Part shown: positions 17,886-27,938 of the stretch, one piece after another
Layout of the letters: every line of letters begins with the position of its first letter
Numbering within the stretch: the first letter of the stretch is position 1
DNA from: Sphingomonadaceae bacterium
Lineage (GTDB): Bacteria; Chloroflexota; UBA6077
Assembly (NCBI GenBank): GCA_050261575.1
Contig: JBLNDL010000033.1
Coordinates: 1 to 64,000 of the forward strand
DNA: 64,000 bases
Direction: 5' to 3'
Position numbers and translations under genes: made by a program
Notes under the pieces: generated by a model
Databases searched by the model: none
What the model saw: only the letters and a program-made list of their open reading frames with translations
What the model was told of the DNA's origin: nothing

Positions 17886-18189
17886 CGGTCACACTCACCA
17901 TTCCATCGGACCAGCGAGACTTCCACCACCACTCTGGTTCTCAGTCCTGATCTCGCGTAGAGATGGAGCGTTCTCTCCACCTCCTGCGCTCGCTCTCGCA
18001 TAATCCGCAACCTGAAATTCTGGCTGTTGGCAGAGGCAGCCTGCTTCGGGTCGATCCACACCCGTCGTCGATGGTTGCGAGAAACCGGACACCGCTCTGC
18101 GTGAAGTGTATCCATACCCGGCTGACGCTGGAGTGCTTTCGGGCGTTGATGAGGATTTCCTGGATGATCCTCATCAAATCGACTTGCAC
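17882..18189 (-). pseudogene. Truncated, frameshifted HisKA_3-type histidine kinase ATPase remnant
   Basis: 'RIIQEILINARKHS...DDGCG' in one frame continues as 'DP...LRIMRERA...RTRVVVEV' in another; no H-box region upstream. Confidence 0.72.
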
Positions 18190-18636
18190 TGCCGGGTCGA
18201 ACTCTCTCTCCTGATCTCCAGCGGTACAGAGAGCTCAGGGTGGATCTAGGAATCCTGGCCGAACCATAGAAGGTACTGTCTCAGGAAGAGAAGAAGCCCT
18301 GCTGCGGGGATACGGGCCCCTTCAGTCCCAGAATGTACTCTCGCAAGTCGGCATGCGTATCCTGGGCGACGGTGACAAGGCGGGAAAGATAGCAACCCGC
18401 TGTGTCCATCTGGCCCTGTGCCAGCATCTCGCGCACTGCCACAGCCGATCAGAGCCGCGATGCAGGGGTGCAAGGCGGTGGCACGGGCCAAGCGTCCCTA
18501 TTGGCAAACTGGCACTGTTCCCTCACTGCGCGCTCGGTCGCGCACGCACTTCTTTGAGCGGGAACCACGGGGCCACGGAGGACGACGCAATGGTACACCC
18601 GAAGGCTGATCGGCATCTATCCTTGGGCGCGGGGTC

Positions 18637-18993
18637 TCAGCGGGTCTCGGTGAGGCGGTTTCTGCCGTCCACCAGGACGACGCGGGGGTGCCAATCTGGT
18701 GGCACTGGGTCCTCGACCTGTACGTAGGACATGATGATCACGATGTCCCCGATGCTCACCAGGTGCGCGGCAGCCCCGTTGAGCTGCACGATCCCGCTGC
18801 CAGACTCGCCAGGGATGGCGTAGGTCTCCAGTCGGGCTCCATTGGTGACGTCGACGACCTGAACCCGTTCGTAGGGGAGGATGTTCGCTGCCTCCAGCAG
18901 TTGCCTATCGACGGTGATGGATCCTACGTAGTGGAGATCCGCACCAGTGACGGTGGCCCGGTGGATCTTTCCACTCAGCATGGTACGCAGCAA
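18637..18993 (-). CDS. panD: Aspartate 1-decarboxylase
   Basis: [14 protein letters not shown] (Gly-Ser autocleavage site), [17 protein letters not shown] start after GGAGG. Confidence 0.96.
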   Translation of the reverse strand: MLRTMLSGKIHRATVTGADLHYVGSITVDRQLLEAANILPYERVQVVDVTNGARLETYAIPGESGSGIVQLNGAAAHLVSIGDIVIIMSYVQVEDPVPPDWHPRVVLVDGRNRLTETR

Positions 18994-19104
18994 GACGCGA
19001 TGCCTCCACAGAGAGCCATCCTGGCGGCAGGATGGATGCCTGTAATGATACCTCGGGGAGCGGACGGCATACAACTCTCGGCGGTCGCGACCCGAATTCG
19101 ACCG

Positions 19105-19140
19105 GCACTATATTGACGTTTTTAAATATAGTGCTATGAT
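19105..19140 (+). promoter_or_regulatory. Sigma70-type promoter overlapped by an inverted-repeat operator
   Basis: TTGACG(19113)-16 nt-TATGAT(19135) with extended TG; arms GCACTATATT/AATATAGTGC. Confidence 0.7.
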
Positions 19141-19262
19141 GGTGGCGTTGCGCGCCCCGCCGCCGTGGCGCTCTCATGTTGCGCAGTGTATCGAAACTCG
19201 TCGATATATGGTGGAGCGCCCTGCCCTTGGGTTGGGTGTCACGCCGAGAAGGAGATGCGAGG

Positions 19263-20837
19263 ATGTCACAGAAGGCAACCGGTGACCGGATAAGGGAAGC
19301 GGTGAGGGAACGATACGCCGAGGAGGCCAGGCGAGTGCGTTCCCAGAGGGGCGGGGGCTGCTGCTCCGGCCCGACAGAGCTTGGCAATTCGCGTAGGCTG
19401 TACACCGAAGGTGAGTTGAGCGAAGTGCCCCAGGAGGCTGCCCTGGCCTCGCTGGGTTGTGGCAACCCGACCCTGCTGGCGGAGCTGAAGCCGGGGGAGG
19501 TGGTGCTGGATCTGGGGTCCGGCGGCGGCATCGACGTGCTGCTCTCCGCCAAGCGGGTTGGGCCGGCCGGCAAGGCATACGGCCTGGACATGACCGATGA
19601 GATGCTGGAACTGGCCAGGGAGAACGCTCGCAAGGCGGGCGTGGCCAACGTCGAGTTCCTCAAGGGACAGATCGAGTCCATCCCCCTGCCCGACTCCAGC
19701 GTGGACGTCATCATCTCCAACTGCGTGATCAACCTCTCCGCCGACAAAGATGCTGTGTTCAGGGAGGCATACCGGGTCCTGAAGCGGGGTGGGCGCTTTG
19801 CCGTGGCCGACATCGTGGTGCAGAACGGTCCGCTTCCAGCGGCGATTCGAGAGATGCTCGCGCTGTGGGCCGGCTGCGTCGCGGGTGCCCTCGGCGAGGA
19901 GGAGTACCGCCAGAAGCTGGCAGCGGCCGGTTTCGTCGACGTCGACCTCCAGGTCCTGAAGTCGTACGGACTGGAGGACGTGCCCGAGGAGATGCGCTGC
20001 TGCGTGCCTCCGGGCCTCTCCCTCCCCGGCGACACCCGGGTGATCTCCGCCTTCATAAGGGCCACCAAGGGCGAGACCGGCAGTGAGGCAGGAATCCATC
20101 AGGGCGCAACCATCTCGGGCCGGACTGAGACCTTCAAGGTGACGACGACGAGCGCCCCCTCTTGCTGCGGCCGGACGGTCGAGGGCAAGCCATCCCCCTC
20201 TGGCTGTTGTGGCGACGAGGTGAGGGATTACTTCGATAAGGTGGCCCCTATGTGGGACGAGATGCGCCGCTCCTACTTCACCGAGGAGGTTCGGGATGCG
20301 GCGATCGCCAGGGCCCGGCTTCAGCCGGAGGCGGTGATCGCCGACGTCGGCACAGGCACCGGCTTCATGCTGGCCGGTGTGGCTCCCGTGGTTCGGAAGG
20401 CCTACGGCTTCGACAACTCGGCCGAGATGCTGGAGGTGGCCCGGGCCAACCTGGGTGGACTGGGTAGCGTCGAGTTGAGGCTCTCCGAAGGCGCCTCCCT
20501 TCCACTTCCTGATGGGGTGCTGGACGCGGTGTTTGCCAACATGTATCTCCACCACGCCCCGGATCCCGCCGCGGCCATCGTTGAGATGGCCAGGGTGCTG
20601 AAGCCGGGTGGGCGGCTCGTGATCACCGACATGGACCGGCACGACCACGAGTGGATGAGGGCAGAGATGGCGGACCTATGGATGGGCTTCGACCGCGAGC
20701 AGGTGGCGGCGTGGTACAGGGCGGCGGGCCTCTCCGAGGTCGCGGTGGAGTGCACCGGATCGAACTGCTGCAGTGGCTCTAGCTGCGGTGACCGGGTCAG
20801 TATCGGCGTCTTCGTCGCCAGTGGGACCAAGGTGTAG
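19263..20837 (+). CDS. arsM: Arsenite methyltransferase fused to a second class I SAM methyltransferase domain
   Basis: SLGCGNP, LDLGSGGGID, ISNCVINL, WAGCVAGA; second domain DVGTGTG...RVLKPGG; adjacent to acr3. Confidence 0.88.
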   Translation: MSQKATGDRIREAVRERYAEEARRVRSQRGGGCCSGPTELGNSRRLYTEGELSEVPQEAALASLGCGNPTLLAELKPGEVVLDLGSGGGIDVLLSAKRVGPAGKAYGLDMTDEMLELARENARKAGVANVEFLKGQIESIPLPDSSVDVIISNCVINLSADKDAVFREAYRVLKRGGRFAVADIVVQNGPLPAAIREMLALWAGCVAGALGEEEYRQKLAAAGFVDVDLQVLKSYGLEDVPEEMRCCVPPGLSLPGDTRVISAFIRATKGETGSEAGIHQGATISGRTETFKVTTTSAPSCCGRTVEGKPSPSGCCGDEVRDYFDKVAPMWDEMRRSYFTEEVRDAAIARARLQPEAVIADVGTGTGFMLAGVAPVVRKAYGFDNSAEMLEVARANLGGLGSVELRLSEGASLPLPDGVLDAVFANMYLHHAPDPAAAIVEMARVLKPGGRLVITDMDRHDHEWMRAEMADLWMGFDREQVAAWYRAAGLSEVAVECTGSNCCSGSSCGDRVSIGVFVASGTKV

Positions 20838-20871
20838 CAGGGGGAGGGGCAAGGAGCATTCTCTCGGTTGC

Positions 20872-20916
20872 TTGACTGACGGGGCCTCCGAGCCTAGCCT
20901 ATCGATCACCATCGAT
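20872..20916 (+). promoter_or_regulatory. Promoter and ArsR-type palindrome upstream of acr3
   Basis: TTGACT-17 nt-TAGCCT followed directly by ATCGAT-CACC-ATCGAT. Confidence 0.55.
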
Positions 20917-21094
20917 CCATTACAAGGGTGTTCGCGAACGCGTGGTGTGCCCTGCTTCCCGCTCGCCTGCTGGGGAAGTGCGCTGGGGAGATCGTCGGCA
21001 GCCTCATACCGACTCTCCGAGCCCTGTCCGATCCCAATGGTCTGCGATCACCGGTAATCCATCCTGCAACTCGATTTGGACGAGGAGGTGCTCG

Positions 21095-22174
21095 ATGTCG
21101 CAACTGACGCAGGAGAGTGCTCACCGGGGCGTCGCCGGTCGACTCTCCATGCTGGATCGCTTCCTGCCCCTGTGGATCTTCGCGGCCATGGGGCTTGGCT
21201 TGTGGCTCGGCTACAGCAACCCCGGCGTCATCAAGGCTCTGGACTCCGCCCGCATCGATACGGTCTCGTTTCCCATCGCCATCGGCCTCCTCTGGATGAT
21301 GTACCCCGTCCTTGCTAGGGTGAAGTACGAAGAGCTCGGTAAGATCAAAAGTGCAGGGCGGATGTTCATTCTCTCACTCATCCAGAACTGGATCATCGGT
21401 CCCGCACTCATGTTCGCCCTGGCCTGGCTGCTGCTGCCCGACATGCCGGAGTACCGCACGGGCCTCATCCTGATCGGCCTCGCACGTTGCATCGCCATGG
21501 TGCTGGTCTGGAACATGCTGGCGGGCGGGGACAACGAGTACTGTGCCGTCCTGGTGGCACTCAACTCGATCTTCCAGGTGGCGGCCTACTCCGCTCTGGC
21601 CTACTTCTATGTCACCGTCCTGCCCGGCTGGCTGGGCCTGGGCGCCGGACAGGCCATCCGCATCGAGTTCTGGGACATCGCCAAGAGCGTCTTCGTCTTC
21701 CTGGGGATCCCACTGGTGGCTGGAATGGTCACTCGCTACGTTGGGCTTCACACGAGGGGCAAGGAGTGGTACGACAGCGTGGCCATGCCGAAGCTCGCGC
21801 CGACTGCGCTGGTGGCGCTGCTGTTCACCATCGTGGTGATGTTCTCCATGAAGGGGGACGTGATCCTCGCCCTGCCCCTGGATGTGCTCAGGATTTCGAT
21901 CCCGTTGCTGGCCTACTTCGGGCTGATGTTCTTCGTATCCTTCCTTCTCTCCTGGAAGCTGGGCTTCGGCTACCCCGAGTCGGCGACCCTCTCCTTCACT
22001 GCCGCCTCGAACAACTTCGAGCTGGCGATCGCCGTCGCCGTCGGTGTCTTCGGCATTGCTTCCGGCCAGGCCCTCGCTGCGGTGGTTGGCCCTCTGATCG
22101 AGGTGCCGGTGCTGATAGGCCTGGTGTACGTGGCGCTCTCGTTCAGGCGACGGCTGTACGGCGAGGCGGCCTGA
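21095..22174 (+). CDS. acr3: ACR3-family arsenite efflux transporter
   Basis: [55 protein letters not shown]. Confidence 0.96.
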   Translation: MSQLTQESAHRGVAGRLSMLDRFLPLWIFAAMGLGLWLGYSNPGVIKALDSARIDTVSFPIAIGLLWMMYPVLARVKYEELGKIKSAGRMFILSLIQNWIIGPALMFALAWLLLPDMPEYRTGLILIGLARCIAMVLVWNMLAGGDNEYCAVLVALNSIFQVAAYSALAYFYVTVLPGWLGLGAGQAIRIEFWDIAKSVFVFLGIPLVAGMVTRYVGLHTRGKEWYDSVAMPKLAPTALVALLFTIVVMFSMKGDVILALPLDVLRISIPLLAYFGLMFFVSFLLSWKLGFGYPESATLSFTAASNNFELAIAVAVGVFGIASGQALAAVVGPLIEVPVLIGLVYVALSFRRRLYGEAA

Positions 22175-22215
22175 GTGCCGCGCCGGACGGAAGGCGGAGA
22201 TCGCGGGGGCCGCCC

Positions 22216-22497
22216 CTACGACGGGGTGTGGGACCGCTCCCGCAGGAGCCGCCAGCCCTTGTCGGTGATGGACCACAGGCGAGCGGCGCCGTCCGTGCCG
22301 CAGGTGGCGTGGAGGGGACAGCCCAGGCAGGCAGCCGACTGGCAGCCCTGCGGCACGAGTGACAGGTACCCGAGGCGCAGGGCGTCCTCTAGCATCTTCT
22401 CCAGAAGCCCCTCGCCCACCCCCAGCTCGCGGGCCAGGCCTCGGGTGGTGGAGATCCCACGGGATCGGGCCATTAGGGACAGCAGTCTCAGCAGCAC
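22216..22497 (-). CDS. feoC: FeoC-like winged-helix protein with a Cys cluster
   Basis: 'LARELGV....LE.MLE...RLGY' then C-x4-C-x2-C-x5-C; directly downstream of feoB. Confidence 0.75.
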   Translation of the reverse strand: MLLRLLSLMARSRGISTTRGLARELGVGEGLLEKMLEDALRLGYLSLVPQGCQSAACLGCPLHATCGTDGAARLWSITDKGWRLLRERSHTPS

Positions 22498-22501
22498 GCC
22501 A

Positions 22502-24556
22502 TCACCCCATACCCAGCAGCCGCGCCAGTTGGTAGGTGGCAATTCCCGAGAGCAGCGACAGGCCGAGCTGGAAGAGGAGCGCGAAGCTCGTCCACCGCCA
22601 ATCCTTGGTCTGCGCCTGGATGGCCGCGAGGGTGGAAACGCAGGGGATGAAGGTGATCTGCACCACCAGATAGGCCAGGGCCGAAGCGAGGGTGAGCATC
22701 TGGGGCAGCGCCGCGGCGAGGCTGCCCTCGTGGCTGCTGGCGGCCAGGACCGCCATGGTGGCCAGGGCGTTCTCCTTAGCCACCGAGCTGGTCAGCAGCG
22801 CCACCATCATCCTCCAGTCCAGCCCCATGAGTCCCCCCAGAGGCTCCAGGTACCTACCCATCCAGGCCAGGTAGCTCTCCTGAATATCTCCTGTGGGAAG
22901 CGCGGCCAGCAGCCAGATGAGAACCGACACCAGCAGGATGACGGTGCCGGCTCGCACCAGGAACTCCCTGGTGCTTTGCCAGGTCTCCAGCGCCACCGCC
23001 CGCCAGTTCGGCAGGTGGAAGAGGGGAAGCTCCATTATTAGGGCGGGCCTTTCGCTGTGGAGCACCAGGCGGTCCAGCAGGATGCCGGTGAGGGTCAGCA
23101 GCACCAGGTTCATGGCCACCAGTCCCAAGGTCACGGCGGCGGCCGCCTCTCCGAAGAGGGCGCCGCTCATGAACACCAGTACGACCATCCTGCCGGTACA
23201 CGGCACGAGGGGGATCAGCAGGATGGTGAGGAGGCGGGCTCGGGCTGAGTCTATCAGCCGTGCGCCGAAGACCGCTGGAACGTTGCAGCCGAAGCCGAGG
23301 AAGAGAGGCACCAGCGACTCGCCGTGGAGCCCCATGGCATGCATGAAACGGTCTCCCACGAAGGCGGCCCTGGCCAGGTAGCCCACCTGCCGAAGCAGCC
23401 CGATCCCCAGGAAGAAGACCACCAGGATCGGCAGCACGGAGACCACCGTTCCCACGCCCTCCAGCACCCCGTCCACCAGCAGCCCCGAGAGCCACGGCGG
23501 AGAGAGGGCCAGCGCCGTCCGCAGCAGGGCTCCAGCGGCCGTTATCGCGCGTTCCAGGATGTCGACCAGGGGGTTGGCCACGAGATACACCATCCAGAAG
23601 AGCAGCCCCAACAGGGCCAGAAGGAGGATGGGGCCGAGGTACGGGTGGGTGGCGACCCGGTCGATCCTCTCGGTGAGCGAGACGGCGCCCCTCTGCGGCC
23701 TGAAGAGTGCGGCTCGAACCATCCGCTCGATCCACTCGTAGCGGGTGCTCGCGATGGCGACCACGGCGTCCTCGTTCTGCCGCAGCAGCCTGAAGAGCCT
23801 GTCCGAGCGATCCGGTGGCAGCGCGGTCTGGGCCAACTGGGTCATCTCTCGGTCGCCCTCCAGCAGCTTGAGCGCGAGCCACCGGCGAGGGTAGGGTGGA
23901 ACAACGTCGTACCCCACCAGCTTCTCGACGCGGGCCACCAGTGTGGCCAGGTCGGGAGGCAGCTCCGGGCGTTTCGGGGCGTAGCTGGACCCCGCTTCGG
24001 CCAGCGCCCCGATGCACTCCAGCAGATCGGTCACGCCCTCGCCGTGGGACGCCACCATCGCCACCACCGGTACGCCGAGGGCTGCCTCCAGCACCTTCTC
24101 CTCCACCCGCATCCCGTCCTTCGCTGCGACGTCCATCATGTTGATGGCCACGACGACGGGGGACGGAAGCTCCAGCACCTCGGCGACGAGGTAGAGACTG
24201 CGCTCCAGGTTGGTGGCGTTCAGCAGCACCACCACGACGTCCGGCTTCTCCTGGGCGATGTAGCCTCGGGCCACCTGCTCGTCGGGGGAGTTGGCCGTCA
24301 GACTGTATACGTCGGGAAGCTCGACGATTTCGAAGGTACGGTTGTCCCGCCTGTGGGAGCCTCTGCGAATCTCCACCGTGGTGCCGGGCCAGTTGCCGGT
24401 GTGCTGGGACAGTCCGGTGAGCAGGTTGAAGAGGGTGGTCTTGCCCACGTAGGGAGCACCGAGCAGCGCCACGGAGAGTGTCTCCCGCGATGCTTCCGCT
24501 CCCACGCGGAGGGCGGTGGAGGGATCGCTCCCGAGGGGATCAGTCGTGCCGGCCAT
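22502..24556 (-). CDS. feoB: Ferrous iron transporter B
   Basis: G-domain (GKT, NWPGTT, NMMD), GFGCNVPA, PC gate motifs, MELP. Confidence 0.93.
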   Translation of the reverse strand: MAGTTDPLGSDPSTALRVGAEASRETLSVALLGAPYVGKTTLFNLLTGLSQHTGNWPGTTVEIRRGSHRRDNRTFEIVELPDVYSLTANSPDEQVARGYIAQEKPDVVVVLLNATNLERSLYLVAEVLELPSPVVVAINMMDVAAKDGMRVEEKVLEAALGVPVVAMVASHGEGVTDLLECIGALAEAGSSYAPKRPELPPDLATLVARVEKLVGYDVVPPYPRRWLALKLLEGDREMTQLAQTALPPDRSDRLFRLLRQNEDAVVAIASTRYEWIERMVRAALFRPQRGAVSLTERIDRVATHPYLGPILLLALLGLLFWMVYLVANPLVDILERAITAAGALLRTALALSPPWLSGLLVDGVLEGVGTVVSVLPILVVFFLGIGLLRQVGYLARAAFVGDRFMHAMGLHGESLVPLFLGFGCNVPAVFGARLIDSARARLLTILLIPLVPCTGRMVVLVFMSGALFGEAAAAVTLGLVAMNLVLLTLTGILLDRLVLHSERPALIMELPLFHLPNWRAVALETWQSTREFLVRAGTVILLVSVLIWLLAALPTGDIQESYLAWMGRYLEPLGGLMGLDWRMMVALLTSSVAKENALATMAVLAASSHEGSLAAALPQMLTLASALAYLVVQITFIPCVSTLAAIQAQTKDWRWTSFALLFQLGLSLLSGIATYQLARLLGMG

Positions 24557-25460
24557 CGCCGTCGCCCTTCCTGGTCACCAGGATCCGCTGGGCCTCGCCC
24601 CTTCCTATGGCGACCTTGGTGTCCCTCACCAGGACGATGAGGGGGCCGCTCCTCGGGTTCTGTACCATGCTGACTTGGGTGCCTGGAGTGAAGCCCAGGG
24701 CCAGACAGCGGGCCACGAAGCTCTTGCCTGCCGTCAGCCGCTTCACGACGGCGCTCTCTCCAGGGGCCAGCCGTGCGAGCGGCACCGTCTGGGCGGCGCT
24801 GGCGGGCTCCACAGGGGTGACGTTGACGGAGTCGGCCTCCTCGGCGGAGAGCGAGTGGGTATGCCCTCCGATCCTGAAGGTCACGCCGTTTGATCCGTGA
24901 TCCTGGTCGATCATCTCCACTTCGACCCCTGGCTTTAGCCCGATTCGGTCGAGGCTCCGCAGGAGGGATGGGTCCTCCTCTCGGACGCTCGCCACGCGGG
25001 CCACCTCCGACGGAGGCAACTGCGATAGGGGCATCCCAGCCACGGGGCTCGCCTCGCCGGCCGGGTTGGGGATCGTGTGGCCGTGCGGGCAGGTGGGGGT
25101 GTCGCCGACTGCCCTGGCGAGTTCCCGTTCCACCTCGGGAGAGGTGGCGTGCTCCAGCTTGCAGGCCTCCCCGTGGACTCTATCCCAAGGGAAACCGAGG
25201 ATGTCGTGGAGGAACCGCTCCCAGAGGCGGTGGCGCCGCATCACCGAGCGCGCCAAGGCGCGACCCTCGTCTGACAGAGTGATCTCGCCCCTCGGCTGGT
25301 AGCTGATGAGCCCCCGCTCCGAAAGGCGTCCCAGCATCTCGGTGACCGAGGGGGCAGATACCTGTCGCTCCTTCGCGAGGGAGGATGTGGTTATCCTCTC
25401 CCCTCTCTCCTCCAGCCGGCCAAGGGCTTCCAGGTACTCCTCGAGCTGCTCGCTGGCCAT
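24540..25460 (-). CDS. DtxR/MntR-family metal-dependent regulator with two C-terminal FeoA domains
   Basis: EEYLEA, SVTEM, RRHRLWERFL, EACKLEH, CPHG; FeoA units 'IGLKPG' and 'LGFTPG'. Confidence 0.9.
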   Translation of the reverse strand: MASEQLEEYLEALGRLEERGERITTSSLAKERQVSAPSVTEMLGRLSERGLISYQPRGEITLSDEGRALARSVMRRHRLWERFLHDILGFPWDRVHGEACKLEHATSPEVERELARAVGDTPTCPHGHTIPNPAGEASPVAGMPLSQLPPSEVARVASVREEDPSLLRSLDRIGLKPGVEVEMIDQDHGSNGVTFRIGGHTHSLSAEEADSVNVTPVEPASAAQTVPLARLAPGESAVVKRLTAGKSFVARCLALGFTPGTQVSMVQNPRSGPLIVLVRDTKVAIGRGEAQRILVTRKGDGDGRHD

Positions 25461-25488
25461 CGCCCTCCCTCCACCGCCTCGTGGCCCG

Positions 25489-25506
25489 AATTAGGGGTGC
25501 CTAATT
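25489..25506. promoter_or_regulatory. DtxR-family operator AATTAGG-GGTG-CCTAATT
   Basis: Perfect inverted repeat with TTAGG/CCTAA arms ~30 nt upstream of the regulator, overlapping a TACAAT -10 on the minus strand. Confidence 0.8.
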
Positions 25507-25623
25507 GTAGCATCGTGCTAGCTCCCTGTGTATGCCCCCGCGCGGAGGCGGGAATGTGAGGTACACTTCTCTGCGAGGGCACTCGACGGCCCTGAGTCTT
25601 CTGTAAGGCAGGCGAGCGAAGAC

Positions 25624-26391
25624 ATGGTGCAGAACGCTCCGCGTGAAGGTGAGGGCGATCACGTGGTCTCCGCCGTCCAGAGGCAGGGTGAGGCCGGTCG
25701 CAGGTTGGAGATCATAATCTCTCCACCTGCCTCGGTGGCGGAGAATCTGGCTATAGACGAGGCGATGACCCGATCGGCGGCGACCGACCAGAGGCTGGTG
25801 CTCAGGCTGTGGTGGGGGGGATCCCCCACCGTCGTCCTGGGCAGCTCCGAGAAGCCGGAGGTGGTGGCCGATCTGGAGGCCTGCCGGCGGATGGGGGTGG
25901 AGGTTGTGCGCCGCTCGACGGGCGGTGGCACCGTTCTGCAGACGCCGGGCGTCTTCAACTACTCCCTGACGGCTCCGGCGCAGGGGCTACCCAACACTCG
26001 GGCCGTCTTCGGCGTGGGGGCCCGACTTCTGATCGACGCCCTTGCGGGGTTGGGGATCCAGGCCGAGCCGAAGGGGATATCGGACGTGGCGGTGGATGGC
26101 AGGAAGATCTCCGGCAACGCCATGGCCAAGCGGTGGGGCGGGCTTCTCCTCCACGGGACCCTGCTGCTGGACCTGAACCTGGATCTGGTGGACGCCTGCC
26201 TGCGCCACCCGCCCCGGGAGCCGGACTACCGAGGCGGTCGGAGCCACCGGGAGTTCCTTACCACACTGAGGTCGCTGGGCGTTTCGGTAGCCGCTGCCGA
26301 GGTGGAGGCTGCGGTCGTGGACGCGGCCCGCCGGCTGGAGGAGCACGGGGTGTTCGATCGCTTCCCGAACCTCCTGGACAGGGGCGGCTGA
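25624..26391 (+). CDS. Lipoate-protein ligase family protein (catalytic domain only)
   Basis: NLAIDEA, RRSTGGGTV, KISGNA, HGTLL; start uncertain. Confidence 0.88.
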   Translation: MVQNAPREGEGDHVVSAVQRQGEAGRRLEIIISPPASVAENLAIDEAMTRSAATDQRLVLRLWWGGSPTVVLGSSEKPEVVADLEACRRMGVEVVRRSTGGGTVLQTPGVFNYSLTAPAQGLPNTRAVFGVGARLLIDALAGLGIQAEPKGISDVAVDGRKISGNAMAKRWGGLLLHGTLLLDLNLDLVDACLRHPPREPDYRGGRSHREFLTTLRSLGVSVAAAEVEAAVVDAARRLEEHGVFDRFPNLLDRGG

Positions 26392-26542
26392 TAGGCAGAC
26401 AGCAGGGTATCCGGCAAGGCTCTGCTGCTGCCTGCCAGTTGCAGCCGGGCCGAGGCCGAACCCGTGGGGCCTGGAAGAGGGAGCCCAGCGAGCCGGGGGC
26501 CGAGCCTTCAGGTGGCGCTGCCGTCTCAACTGTGGCGCGGAC

Positions 26543-27064
26543 TCAGTCCACGGAGTGCGAGCCTTCCACCCCAGACAGGCGGCTTTCCATCTGGGCCAGC
26601 CCGGCAGGGTCGATCACTCGCTGCGTTATGGGGGAGGAGAGGATTATGGACGTGGTTGGCTGGCCATGGGGGGTGATCTTGCTCAAGAGCCATTCCAGGT
26701 GCTGGACCGAGGTGACCGCGACCCTCATTAGATAGGAGTCGTCCCCGGTTACGCGGTGGCACTCCAGCACCTCGGGCAGTTCCCTGGCCATGGCCACCAG
26801 TTGGCCGCCCTTGACCTCGTTCTCCGTGGCGACCCGAATGTAGGCGGTGATCGGCAGCCCCAGCTTCTCCCGGTTCAGCCTCACCCGGTAGCCGCGGATG
26901 ATTCCCGCCTCCTCCATCCGTCGCACCCGTTCGGCCACGGCGGGAAGAGTGAGCCCGACTCGCCTGCCCAACTCCGCGTAGCTCAGGCGAGCATCCTGCT
27001 GGAGCTCTTTCAGGATTCGCCAGCCGACATCGTCGAGGAGCCTTTCAGAATCCAAAGTTGCCAT
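26543..27064 (-). CDS. Lrp/AsnC-family transcriptional regulator
   Basis: 'ILKELQQDARLSYAELGRRVGL..PAV.ERVRRME..GII.GY'; ECHRVTG. Confidence 0.95.
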   Translation of the reverse strand: MATLDSERLLDDVGWRILKELQQDARLSYAELGRRVGLTLPAVAERVRRMEEAGIIRGYRVRLNREKLGLPITAYIRVATENEVKGGQLVAMARELPEVLECHRVTGDDSYLMRVAVTSVQHLEWLLSKITPHGQPTTSIILSSPITQRVIDPAGLAQMESRLSGVEGSHSVD

Positions 27065-27216
27065 CCCGAAATGGTTTAGCCTCTTAACCCGGATGCCCGT
27101 TCTAGTTTAGTTCCTGTATTGGAGAACAGGGGCCGGGCACCTATCATAGCACGCGACGGGAGAAGCCGAGAGCTTCCGAAGAAAGGAGCGTCTCGGTTGA
27201 GCGGATCCAGTTCCTC

Positions 27217-27552
27217 GTGACGGTCGACGCGGAGGTGATAACCATGGTGCGAAGCAATCCCGTTGCTCCCTCGAAGGGTTCCGGGATCGGTCTTCCCGGG
27301 TTGCGCCGCCGAGATCGGTCTATCAGGGTGCGGATTCTCGATGGAGGCCACGAGGTAGACAGCTTCGAGGTTTCCACCCTGGATGCCCTGCGGTCCGAGA
27401 TGAAGGCGATCCAGCCCTACCTCCCCAAGAGGGGCGTCCTGATCGAGTTTCAGGGCATCGAGGAGGAGTCGCTACCCTTGGGCATCAGTAGAGTTCGCCG
27501 TGAGGTCGATCTCGGGGACCTGAGAGCCGCACTGTCTTTCCTGGCGGCCTGA
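27217..27552 (+). CDS. Hypothetical protein
   Basis: Protein-like composition, AAGGAG upstream, divergent from Lrp; no recognisable motif. Confidence 0.45.
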   Translation: MTVDAEVITMVRSNPVAPSKGSGIGLPGLRRRDRSIRVRILDGGHEVDSFEVSTLDALRSEMKAIQPYLPKRGVLIEFQGIEEESLPLGISRVRREVDLGDLRAALSFLAA

Positions 27553-27938
27553 GCGACGCCTTCGACCGGCCCCGTATCCAAGCGTGGCTGGTTCGTGGCA
27601 CTCAAAACTGCCCCCTCTTGGCCGCCATCCCACTGGGCAGGGGTGGCGGCCTTTCCCCCCTATTATACGCGCTGATGCCTTTTCCTGTGTAGGCCCCAGT
27701 CTAGCGCCCCAGGGGTTTTCTGTTTGCGTTCGTGCCGAGGCTGCAGCGCGTGTTGCGTTTGCCTCGTAGCGCGAGCGATGGTCTTGATACCAGCGGGGCC
27801 GAGGGACTCTGACGGGCGTGCCGTTCCACCAGGTTGACAGATGGAACCACGGCAGGATAGGATACCCCTGGCAGGTATGCGGCGGAGCGGGCAGCTAGCC
27901 TCCGCCTGCCCCTCAGCTCACGGCGGAGGTCTCGTGGC

